A DNA stretch of 64,000 nt from an uncultured Pseudobdellovibrionaceae bacterium (GTDB taxonomy: Bacteria > Bdellovibrionota > FAC87 > UBA2466), in the NCBI GenBank assembly GCA_964492125.1, contig CAZBJE010000001.1, forward strand, positions 4,018-68,017, written 5' to 3'. This document shows positions 19,057 to 27,405 of the stretch, piece by piece. The notes beneath the pieces are model-generated. The model saw only the letters and a list, made by a program, of their open reading frames with translations. It did no database searches and was not told where the DNA came from. Positions within the stretch are counted from its first letter, which is position 1. Every line of letters starts with the position of its first letter. A program made the translations under genes and the position numbers.

Positions 19057-20268
19057 ATGACAGCCACACTTACATCACGGCGTTGGTACTTCTTGCAGTT
19101 AATTCTCGCCGCCCTAGGAGCGGGCACCAGTCTTTATCTCCTAGTGCAACATATCCGATTGAAAACGGGAATCCAAGTTGGCTCGAGCTTCTGCACCCTC
19201 GGCCAATACGCCGACTGCAATGTCGTGAATGCCAGCCAATACTCCGAAGTCGCCGGTATCCCGCTGGCGGCGCTGGGCGTGGTCTACTTTGTTTGCCTTT
19301 TCATGTTGGGCGTGACCCAACCGCCGATTAGCCGGGGCTTTGCCCGCGCTCAAGTGTGGATGGCGCGGCTGGCGATACTGGCACTGGCCGTCGACGTGTT
19401 TCTCTTTGGCGTGCAGGCTTTTGCCGTGCACAGTTTCTGCCTGCTTTGTTTGTTTACCTATTTATGTACCGCGGGGCATTTGGCCGCCAATTGGCTCAAC
19501 CAACCCAGGGGCGTGCGCAATGGCCGCCATTGGCTGGTAGGCGAGCGCAAGGCCCAACTGGCCTCTTTCGCCATCGCTGCGAATCTAGTGGTCCTCATCG
19601 GCGTGTCCACCGCTCTTTTCCAGTACGTATTTGGAAGTGCGGCAGCGGAGCACATTGCGAATTTAGAGCAGTCCAAGAAAGTGTTTTTGGAAACCTGGTC
19701 CACGCGGCCCGCAAAATCCATCCCGATAGGCGAAAAAGATCCGAGTTGGGGCAACCCGCAAGCCAAGGTGCGCATCGTCGTTTTTAGCGACTTCGAATGC
19801 CCTCATTGCCAACGCGCCGCCTTTGCCCTGCACACGGCACTAGCGTCGTCCGAATCCCAGGTGCAACTGGTTTACAAAAACTTCCCTTTAGACATGGCGT
19901 GCAACCCCCTGCTGAAGCAGCCGATGCATACCAATTCTTGTGCTTTGGCAAAATTGGGGTTTTGCGCCAACGAAAAGAAAAAGTTTTGGGAATTCCACGA
20001 CCGGGTTTTCTTTAAACTCTCCGCCCGAGAAATCTCCAGCGATCAAAATGCCATGCACGATGGCATGAAACATATTTTCACCCGCAAGGAATTTGATGAG
20101 TGCCTGGCCAATCAAGACGCCCTAAGCCATACGCAGCGGGATATCGACTTAGGCCGCAATTTGGAAATCGATTCCACGCCGGCAATCTTTATTAACGGTA
20201 AAAGAGTTGCCTTTACTCCTACGGTGGATCTCATCCGCGACCTCGTACAAAGAGAACTCCCAAAATAA
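19057..20268 (+). CDS. vitamin K epoxide reductase (VKOR) domain fused to DsbA-like thioredoxin domain
   Basis: N-terminal polytopic VKOR-like region with Cys pairs (CTLGQYADC; CLLC); C-terminal thioredoxin fold with CPHC active site (FSDFECPHCQRAA); start set at ATG 19057. Confidence 0.7.
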   Translation: MTATLTSRRWYFLQLILAALGAGTSLYLLVQHIRLKTGIQVGSSFCTLGQYADCNVVNASQYSEVAGIPLAALGVVYFVCLFMLGVTQPPISRGFARAQVWMARLAILALAVDVFLFGVQAFAVHSFCLLCLFTYLCTAGHLAANWLNQPRGVRNGRHWLVGERKAQLASFAIAANLVVLIGVSTALFQYVFGSAAAEHIANLEQSKKVFLETWSTRPAKSIPIGEKDPSWGNPQAKVRIVVFSDFECPHCQRAAFALHTALASSESQVQLVYKNFPLDMACNPLLKQPMHTNSCALAKLGFCANEKKKFWEFHDRVFFKLSAREISSDQNAMHDGMKHIFTRKEFDECLANQDALSHTQRDIDLGRNLEIDSTPAIFINGKRVAFTPTVDLIRDLVQRELPK

Positions 20269-20316
20269 CCGTCCCAGCCCAAGCGAAACGGCTTGCGCTA
20301 AGCAAACGCAAATCGA

Positions 20317-21168
20317 CTAGAAAACACCGCCCGAGTGTACCTCTCGCGCGAGAGGCGCTCGAGCGGCGGGCCCCAGACCTGGGAAGTCCTTGCTTCCCAA
20401 CATGAGATTGTGCGCACGACATAAAACCCTGAGGTTTTCAATTTCCCGGCTACTTCCGCCCTTAGCCCAGGGCCTTATATGGTCGATTTGGAGGTGCGCC
20501 GTTTGGTTGCAGCGCACACCGGTCGGGCTTTGGTAGCTGCAGCGATGCCCGTCGGACTCCATAACGTGACGGCGCAGAGCAGCCGAAACAACACGTGTAT
20601 GCTTAACGGCTTTTAAAACTCGGCGAGGGCGCTTACTGACGACTTCCTTCAACGCCCGCTTAATCAAAAGGAGACGATCTTTTTGTCCATAAAGCTTACC
20701 AGCTTCCATGAGCAATCCCCGGAGCTCCTCGTCGATAGGCAAATTCAAAAACTCGGCCGGCGCCACGACGTCAAAATGCTCCGCCAACACTTGAGCAATC
20801 TCACGAGTGGACTGTCGTTCGACCAACGGCAACATCTCCGAAGCATTGGAGGGAGTAAGATGGGGCGCAATCAAACTCAAGCCAGAGAGCGAAAGGTCGT
20901 TGCGCGCGAGCAAAGGCTTTGCCTCGGGAACTCTTAATAAGCACCGCGCAGCCTGTATCCGCCTCCAAGCCTCGCTCTCAGAATAATTCAGATAGCGGAC
21001 ACAGAAGTCCTGCAAACTCGAATAACCCTCTTCTTTCCAGAGCTGACGGCAATCCACCGCGGCGAGATATTCGAGAACCACCAGCGTCGACTGCTTTTCC
21101 AGTTCCACACTCCGCTTAGTTTCCAAAAGCAAAACGGACTTTTCTAATTCCATGTATTTCATGGGCAC
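20317..21168 (-). CDS. HNH endonuclease domain protein with unassigned about 190-aa N-terminal domain
   Basis: C-terminal HNH motif (HRCSYQSPTGVRCNQTAHLQIDHIRPWAKGGSSREIENLRVLCRAHN); isolated gene convergent with the VKOR-dsbA gene. Confidence 0.65.
   Translation of the reverse strand: MPMKYMELEKSVLLLETKRSVELEKQSTLVVLEYLAAVDCRQLWKEEGYSSLQDFCVRYLNYSESEAWRRIQAARCLLRVPEAKPLLARNDLSLSGLSLIAPHLTPSNASEMLPLVERQSTREIAQVLAEHFDVVAPAEFLNLPIDEELRGLLMEAGKLYGQKDRLLLIKRALKEVVSKRPRRVLKAVKHTRVVSAALRRHVMESDGHRCSYQSPTGVRCNQTAHLQIDHIRPWAKGGSSREIENLRVLCRAHNLMLGSKDFPGLGPAARAPLAREVHSGGVF
20339..20357. repeat. 19-bp palindromic repeat ACCTCTCGCGCGAGAGGCG, copy 1
   Basis: Read directly; core CCTCTCGCGCGAGAGG is a perfect 16-bp palindrome; lies inside the last codons of the HNH ORF. 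Confidence 0.55.
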
Positions 21169-21484
21169 CTCGATTGTGAATACATAGGTATGTGTTTAGG
21201 GGAGGGTAGGCAATAGGAAAGAGCGATTAATCGTCGATAAATGGGGAGCGCGCGCTCCGATTTTTCGAAAAAAACAAAAAGTAAAAACTCCGAATTCCGA
21301 ATCGCATTCCAGGCAAGGCCAACGCAGAAAGCCAGTAGCAAAAAAACGGGTTGCACCGAACAAGACCCAACGCAAATCGCTCAGCAGCGAACGGGCCAAG
21401 ACTCTAAGACGAGTCGAAAGCTAAAAATCAAGAAGAGCGAAGCGACAGCAAAGACAAATCGTTCCCAAATAAAACCGACCACCC

Positions 21485-21503
21485 ACCTCTCGCGCGAGAG
21501 GCG
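21485..21503. repeat. 19-bp palindromic repeat ACCTCTCGCGCGAGAGGCG, copy 2
   Basis: Identical 19-mer 1146 bp from copy 1, on the other side of the HNH gene inside the non-coding tract. Confidence 0.55.
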
Positions 21504-21711
21504 AAAGTTAACCAAATACCAAAAACCATGGCTTCGGCTTGAGAGAGGCCACTCCCCACCTGTCCAAAGTTTGGACAGCCAAGTAAGCATTAGCCACCCC
21601 TCCACGACGTAGGCGATCTCGCTAAGTTAGACCGCTGAAATCATTGACTAATGCAGCCACAAACTAGGCCTCTGGATTGCTTCTAAGTAGAGGTGGAGGT
21701 CTAGGCATCTC

Positions 21712-23217
21712 GTGCGTACGGCTTGGCTCATTTTAGCTCTCTTGGCTACTTCGGCACCCGCCTGGGCGACGCCCGAGGACGCGGATAGGTCTGAAGAAAA
21801 AGCCCGCGCGTCGTTCGTGGATCAATTCACCAAATTCATGCAAGACAGGAACGTCCAAGGCCGCGCCAAATCGCCGGATGGAAAAGTGGTCGGGGGCGGT
21901 AAGAAAACCCGCTTCAACGGTGACGACGGTCTCGCGTTTCAGTCCGAATTGACCTACCACGACAACGCGTTCAATGCGGTGGTAATGGCGCCTGGCCAAG
22001 GGGCCATGGATGCTAAAAATGGGAAACAGGAAGAAGAAAAGAAAGAAAAGGTTTTGCACGCCTTCGTATCGCCGCACGGTGGTTTGACCGCCGCCGGGGG
22101 ATCATCGCTCTTGGAGAGGACTGCGTACCAGTTTGACCAACAGTATGCCGAGCAAGATGCAAAGAATAAGAACCAGCAAGAAACGCCCGGCGTGAAGTAC
22201 CGTTCCATTTTTAAGATTACGACTAAAGAAGTTTTCGAAGAAGGCAAAGGCGCGGGCCAAACACCGCCTGCTGGTGGCGGCAATGCCAAGATGGAAAAAG
22301 ATAAAGTCGACCGCTACGAATTGCGCGACGAAGTTAAACAAGCAGTGGATAAGGTCGGCGTTACTTCCAGCGAATCGATCCTGCAAGCCGCCCGCGGCGA
22401 AGGCAACGAAAACGATGACAAGGCGTTAGGAAACGGGGTGCTGCTGCGCGCGGCGGCCGCAGAAGCCAGTAAAGCGCTTTGGAATTCCACTTTATCGAAC
22501 TTGTCGCAACGCCGAATCAACCGTGCGATCCGCGCCGGTAGTTTACCCTTCTCGGTGCAAACCACCGAAGGTGCGCCTCGTTGCGAAGTTTGGGCGCAAG
22601 AAGCCACCAACCAAATCAATCAGGTGCAGGGCCGCAAACCGGAAGACACGAAAGCCATGCTCCAAGACGTGCAGCGCATGTTGCAGCAGTGCAAGCAAGT
22701 GGCAGCGGTTCCGTACAATATGATTAACCCGACCTTTAAGACCGACGAAAAAGGCGCGGAGAATTTGGAATCGCAAGGTACGACTAAGGAAGACTCCTTT
22801 CAGCGCGACTCCCGCATTCAATTGGAGATTTTGGCCAAGGCCGGCAAGAGCGTGACGGAAGTTCCCTCCAACTGGCAGTATGGAAAAGATGCCGATAAGG
22901 CCCGCATGACTATTCAGTACGACGAAGGCCAGGCCAAAGAAGGCACGCGCTCTATGGCCGAACAACTCGATTCGTACAATAAGAATTTAGAAAGCGCTCA
23001 GGAAGGGTACGACGAAGTCGCTACTCGCTTGCCCGGCATGAAAACCGGCAAACCGCTGGACTATGTTATTCAGCCGGGTACTCGTTCGCTAGTCGAAATC
23101 AATCAACCGCCGGCTTCGGCCTTTGACGAAGTGGGCATCCAGAAGGCGCCGCCCAGCCCAACGGGACCGGTACCGCAAACCTACGACCAACTCTTGCAAC
23201 GCGCCCAAACCAATTGA
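21712..23217 (+). CDS. secreted hypothetical protein (501 aa, hydrophilic, low complexity)
   Basis: Signal peptide MRTAWLILALLATSAPAWA; charged Lys/Glu/Gln-rich; no recognisable domain. Confidence 0.5.
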   Translation: MRTAWLILALLATSAPAWATPEDADRSEEKARASFVDQFTKFMQDRNVQGRAKSPDGKVVGGGKKTRFNGDDGLAFQSELTYHDNAFNAVVMAPGQGAMDAKNGKQEEEKKEKVLHAFVSPHGGLTAAGGSSLLERTAYQFDQQYAEQDAKNKNQQETPGVKYRSIFKITTKEVFEEGKGAGQTPPAGGGNAKMEKDKVDRYELRDEVKQAVDKVGVTSSESILQAARGEGNENDDKALGNGVLLRAAAAEASKALWNSTLSNLSQRRINRAIRAGSLPFSVQTTEGAPRCEVWAQEATNQINQVQGRKPEDTKAMLQDVQRMLQQCKQVAAVPYNMINPTFKTDEKGAENLESQGTTKEDSFQRDSRIQLEILAKAGKSVTEVPSNWQYGKDADKARMTIQYDEGQAKEGTRSMAEQLDSYNKNLESAQEGYDEVATRLPGMKTGKPLDYVIQPGTRSLVEINQPPASAFDEVGIQKAPPSPTGPVPQTYDQLLQRAQTN

Positions 23218-23248
23218 GTGCCCAAGCCCCCCATGCTATAGCCACCCC

Positions 23249-23713
23249 ATGCTTGAAACCAACGGGTTGGTCCTACTAAAAGCTTTCGCCGCGCGGCCCG
23301 TCTGCCAACGTGCGACTGCACCACTTCGAGTAGGCTCCGAAATGGCGATTCAGGTTGACCAAGGCCCGGTGTTGACCTTGCGGCGCACAAAGACTCAGTT
23401 GGAAGTCGTTACCGAAACGACTACTAAGCCGGATCTCAGCTTCAAAATTCCGTTGAAATCTTTGCAGGCCTTGGCCACCGACACTTCCGACGATATCGGC
23501 GAAGTGGGCATTGAGCTCCTGAAGCTTTTGGCCGCCCCACAGGCCGAGGACCGGATGGAAGCCAAGGTGCACATCGGCCCTATGGAGCTTTTTCTGCGGG
23601 GGTATCTCGGCGTGCTGCCGTTAGGCGGGCCGTCGGTGATGAAATTTTTGGCCAACAAAGGCTTTTCCAGTATTTCCAAAATCAAGGAAGGCCTCTCCCG
23701 CTTCCGAGGGTAA
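23249..23713 (+). CDS. hypothetical protein (154 aa)
   Basis: ORF immediately upstream of and coupled to hpt (3-nt gap); start chosen at ATG 23249 (track start 23123 overlaps the previous gene); no recognisable motif. Confidence 0.35.
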   Translation: MLETNGLVLLKAFAARPVCQRATAPLRVGSEMAIQVDQGPVLTLRRTKTQLEVVTETTTKPDLSFKIPLKSLQALATDTSDDIGEVGIELLKLLAAPQAEDRMEAKVHIGPMELFLRGYLGVLPLGGPSVMKFLANKGFSSISKIKEGLSRFRG

Positions 23714-23715
23714 TT

Positions 23716-24255
23716 ATGCCAAAACTTCACGTGCACATTTCCGCCGCCGAAATCGATAAAATGAACGAGGAGCTCGCGGCTCGTATCAGCGCCGACTACG
23801 CCCGGGTGATGAAACCGGGTGAGGAGCTTTTGGTCATCGTGACGCTCAAAGGGGCGGTGTTTTTTGCCGCCGATCTAATGCGCAAGATTACGGTGCCTTG
23901 CTGCATCGATTTTGTGCGCCTTTCCAGTTACGGGGCCGGCACCCAGTCTAGCGGCACCGTGAAGATGAGCAAAGGTCTGGAAGACGCCATCACCGGCAAA
24001 CACGTTTTAGTCCTCGATGAAATCGTCGATTCCGGCCGTACTTTGAGCTACCTGGTCGAGCGACTAAAAGGCGATGCGCCAGCATCGCTGAAACTTTGCG
24101 CGCTACTCAGTAAACCCAGTCGCCGCGAAGTGAAGGTGGACGTGGAGTACCTCGGTCAAGAAGTCGAAGACAAATTCTTGGTGGGCTATGGCCTCGATCA
24201 CGGGGAACGTTACCGCAATCTTAAAGAGATCTATTGGCTGGAAAACGACGCTTAG
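23716..24255 (+). CDS. hpt: hypoxanthine phosphoribosyltransferase
   Basis: PRPP-binding motif VLVLDEIVDSGRTL and overall Hpt architecture; 179 aa. Confidence 0.85.
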   Translation: MPKLHVHISAAEIDKMNEELAARISADYARVMKPGEELLVIVTLKGAVFFAADLMRKITVPCCIDFVRLSSYGAGTQSSGTVKMSKGLEDAITGKHVLVLDEIVDSGRTLSYLVERLKGDAPASLKLCALLSKPSRREVKVDVEYLGQEVEDKFLVGYGLDHGERYRNLKEIYWLENDA

Positions 24256-24922
24256 CGGTTTTGTTTTAGGAGCGCTTTTCGCTCTCCCCGGTTTTTTGAC
24301 AGGCATCACCCACGGACCCCGCGACACGAAGCGGGTGGCTCTGACTCTCGACGACGGCCCCAACCCGCCCTACACAGAGATGTTCCTGCGGATTCTCGCT
24401 CAGGAAAACATCCCAGCAACTTTTTTCATGTTAGGGCGAAATATCGAGATGTACCGGCTGTCCGCGCTGCGCGTAGCGGCCGGCGGGCACGAAATCGGTA
24501 ACCATAGTTTTTCCCATACGGCTTTGGCGTTCTCAAGTCCACGCAGGACCTTGTGGGAGATTGAAAGAACCGACGCGCTGATTCGGGGGTTGGGCTACGA
24601 GGGCAATGTGCCTTTTCGCTCGCCCTACGGAGAACGGTTTGGGCTGCACGCTTGGATTTTGCTTTGGCTAGACCGAGGGAATTTTCTCTACGACGTACCG
24701 CCAATCCCCCCGGACTACTTTCGTTCCGATCCCCAAGCCATGGCCGATTCGGCGGTAGCACGGGCACAGAATGGATCGATTCTGCTTTTTCACGACGGAG
24801 AAGGACTTCGGGTGGAGTCGCTGGAGGCCACCGCCCAATCCGTGCGGCGATTGAAAGCAGCGGGTTACGAATTTGTTCGGCTCACCGAGTTGGGGCACGG
24901 CGGAAAAGCACATCCGCCTTGA
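24188..24922 (+). CDS. polysaccharide deacetylase (NodB homology domain)
   Basis: TLDDGP motif 1 and HEIGNHSFSH motif 2 of carbohydrate esterase family 4; N-terminal TM/signal; start overlaps hpt 3' end (start uncertain). Confidence 0.6.
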   Translation: MASITGNVTAILKRSIGWKTTLSGFVLGALFALPGFLTGITHGPRDTKRVALTLDDGPNPPYTEMFLRILAQENIPATFFMLGRNIEMYRLSALRVAAGGHEIGNHSFSHTALAFSSPRRTLWEIERTDALIRGLGYEGNVPFRSPYGERFGLHAWILLWLDRGNFLYDVPPIPPDYFRSDPQAMADSAVARAQNGSILLFHDGEGLRVESLEATAQSVRRLKAAGYEFVRLTELGHGGKAHPP

Positions 24923-25364
24923 AATGCAAAACGCGCGGCTCGTCGGGAGATTCCATAGACAGATCTTCGATGTAAACGCGCACCACCCCGCCTGCCACCG
25001 TGCGCTCTTGGGTAAGCAACGCTTGGGGGATGCCCCGCACCCCGGGGTGCTTGTCGAGATACGCTCGGGCGTTTTTCATCAGTTCTGTGAGATCCATTTC
25101 GGCGTCTACCTGGGCGTCGCGGACCCGCAACCGCGGGGGCGAAGCTTTCCACTCCACCTGGTAGGTGCGGCCCCCGTGGGTGACGGCGTGGGACTTTGCG
25201 TCGCCGTCGAAGGTGCGGAAAAACTCAAAACGCGAAAGCCAGTCGAATCCTACGACATCGTACTCAGGCGGGTAGAGAGTCGTGAGAGATACATAAGCGG
25301 CAAACGCAGCAGCGCTCCGCGTCAGACCCCAAAGCGCGATCCCCACCCCCAAACGCGTCCGCAT
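24882..25364 (-). CDS. hypothetical secreted protein
   Basis: 160-aa ORF with signal-like N-terminus; no recognisable motif. Confidence 0.3.
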   Translation of the reverse strand: MRTRLGVGIALWGLTRSAAAFAAYVSLTTLYPPEYDVVGFDWLSRFEFFRTFDGDAKSHAVTHGGRTYQVEWKASPPRLRVRDAQVDAEMDLTELMKNARAYLDKHPGVRGIPQALLTQERTVAGGVVRVYIEDLSMESPDEPRVLHFKADVLFRRAPTR

Positions 25365-25439
25365 GGGCCTATCTTACACTTAGCCAGTGACAAGCTGCCG
25401 AGCGGATTTTAAATTTCGTCGGTATCCCAAGGAGAAATC

Positions 25440-25979
25440 ATGCGCCGCGCTCTACTCGCTCTATTGATCAGTTTTAGTTTTGCTCTTTCCAGTTTCGCCG
25501 CCCCGGCAGTGCCGGCTACGCCAGGTTCGAATCTCGAACCCGAAGCGCCACAGTGGAAAGGCAAACCATACGACACACGTTTCCAGTTCTCCGCGTTGAC
25601 GGGCGTCGGCCTCATGGGCGCCAATACCGGATTTAGCCTCTACGGGGCCGCCGCGTACAAACTTTTGCACGAAGGTTTTTTGGAAGACATCAACGACCAA
25701 GTCTATTTGGAAGTGATGGGCGGACCCATTTTTGTCTCTGGCAACGTGGGCGGGGTGGTCAGTGGCCACTTGCGTTGGGATTTCCACCGTACCGAGATCT
25801 GGTCATTCTATGCCTTGGGCGGTATCGGGTTTGAATTCGGTGGCTTGGCCTTGGGCAATATCAAAATGTTTCACCCTCGCTTCGGCGCGGGAGTGATGTG
25901 GAACCTTTTTGAATTCCTGAGCTTCCGAGGCGAAGTCAGCCATGAGTTCACGGGCATCGGCGTCGTCTATTTGCTTTAA
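25440..25979 (+). CDS. putative outer-membrane beta-barrel protein
   Basis: Signal peptide then alternating hydrophobic/Gly-rich amphipathic strands (SALTGVGLMGANTGFSLYGAAAY...). Confidence 0.4.
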   Translation: MRRALLALLISFSFALSSFAAPAVPATPGSNLEPEAPQWKGKPYDTRFQFSALTGVGLMGANTGFSLYGAAAYKLLHEGFLEDINDQVYLEVMGGPIFVSGNVGGVVSGHLRWDFHRTEIWSFYALGGIGFEFGGLALGNIKMFHPRFGAGVMWNLFEFLSFRGEVSHEFTGIGVVYLL

Positions 25980-26051
25980 TTAATTCCCGATTTTAAGCGT
26001 TGTCGAAGAGCTTGATCGCCGGTATGGAGGGGGATTCCTGAAAGGGTCTCC

Positions 26052-27383
26052 ATGAACCGTTTTCGGCTTTTGATCGCGCTCTTACCCCTATTGGCATTTA
26101 GCTCCTCCGCCTTTGGTGATTGGAAGACCGCCCAATTCTGGCGGATGTCGATGTTGAAGTCGGTGGAGTATTTCAACACGCATGCCTGGGACGAAAAAAG
26201 CGGCTCGTACGCTTCCGAAATTGGGCGCGACGGAAAACGACTCAGCGAAAAACGCCACCTGATCGCAACCGGCCGTATGATCTACGGTCTCGCGCACGCT
26301 GCCCAAGGCAACCCTGAGTACTTGCAACGCGCTCGGCGCACGGCGGAATTTCTGACCACCAAGATGATCTCCCACGACGCCTTGGGCCCGTATTTCCTTT
26401 CGACGGTGGACGCGAAGGGAAAAGACCTCGCGCACCAGACCACCCTAATCGTTAACGAACAGGCCTATGGGTTATGCGGGTTGGTGGCGCTGTACCAAGT
26501 CACTGGGGATCATACGGTGCTCGAAACGTTGCGTGAGATGTACTACGCCTTCGTAAAGCGTTTTCACGACCTAGCTGATAAAGGCTTTTTCGACGGCTAT
26601 GATCTGGAAAAACAGGGGCCCGTCCGCACCAAAAGCTTCGATTCTACCGTCTATGTTGCCACGTCCTTTTTATTGGAATTTGCTCAAGCAGACGCCATAA
26701 ACCGTAACCACGCCAATAAGCTGCTCACCGAGCTCGCCGACAAAGTGGTGGCACACTTTCCAGACGATAAGTTGGGTTTTATTCACGAACAATTCGATGC
26801 GTCTTGGAACCCGAGTTGGAGTGGCTGGCGTAAGCAGGGTAAGAACACGATTTCCATTGTCGGCCATGGCTTTCAGGCGGCTTGGTTCTTGATGCGCGCC
26901 AGCGACTTGACCGGGAATGGCCGTACGCGCTATCGACAAACTGCCGCGAAAATTATTCGCCAGTTATTGCATCACGGAGTTGCGGACGCCACCCGGGGCG
27001 GGTTCTACAACGCCTATAAGCGCGAGGACGCGACCCTAATGTGGGGCAGCGACAAACACTGGTGGCAGCAGGCGGAAGCGATTTTGGCTCTCACTCTGGC
27101 CGACCGACTCAATCTGGTGTCGAGTCAGCAAGCCTGGAAAGCCCGCAGCCAAGCGATTGATTTCTACTTCAAGCATTTTGTGGATCCTGCGGGAGGCGAG
27201 TTCGATGTCGTAGATGAACAAGGCCACCCAACGAAAGACGCCGTCAAAGGCAGCATGGGAAAATCCACGTACCATAGCGTGGAATTTGCGCGTTATATGT
27301 TGCTCTATCTCTTCCCGGGATGTTCCGGAAACATAGTCCTACAAAGCAAAACGACCCCGGGGAATGTCCCCGAGGTCGATTAG
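26052..27383 (+). CDS. AGE-family (N-acyl-D-glucosamine 2-epimerase-like, six-hairpin) protein with signal peptide
   Basis: 443 aa; signal peptide; alpha/alpha-toroid repeat pattern with conserved W/H/E positions resembling N-acylglucosamine/cellobiose 2-epimerase fold. Confidence 0.5.
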   Translation: MNRFRLLIALLPLLAFSSSAFGDWKTAQFWRMSMLKSVEYFNTHAWDEKSGSYASEIGRDGKRLSEKRHLIATGRMIYGLAHAAQGNPEYLQRARRTAEFLTTKMISHDALGPYFLSTVDAKGKDLAHQTTLIVNEQAYGLCGLVALYQVTGDHTVLETLREMYYAFVKRFHDLADKGFFDGYDLEKQGPVRTKSFDSTVYVATSFLLEFAQADAINRNHANKLLTELADKVVAHFPDDKLGFIHEQFDASWNPSWSGWRKQGKNTISIVGHGFQAAWFLMRASDLTGNGRTRYRQTAAKIIRQLLHHGVADATRGGFYNAYKREDATLMWGSDKHWWQQAEAILALTLADRLNLVSSQQAWKARSQAIDFYFKHFVDPAGGEFDVVDEQGHPTKDAVKGSMGKSTYHSVEFARYMLLYLFPGCSGNIVLQSKTTPGNVPEVD

Positions 27384-27405
27384 TTACTGCGTCTTTGCGT
27401 TTTTA

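Noticed and set aside
20339-20357. Interpreting the 19-bp palindromes as Rho-independent terminators
   Set aside because: A perfect palindrome with no loop and no T-tract is more consistent with a protein-binding or recombination site than a terminator hairpin.
21241-21612. 123-aa ORF inside the T-poor non-coding tract
   Set aside because: Lys/Ser/Thr low-complexity composition mirrors the A-rich nucleotide bias; no RBS or motif. Treated as non-coding.
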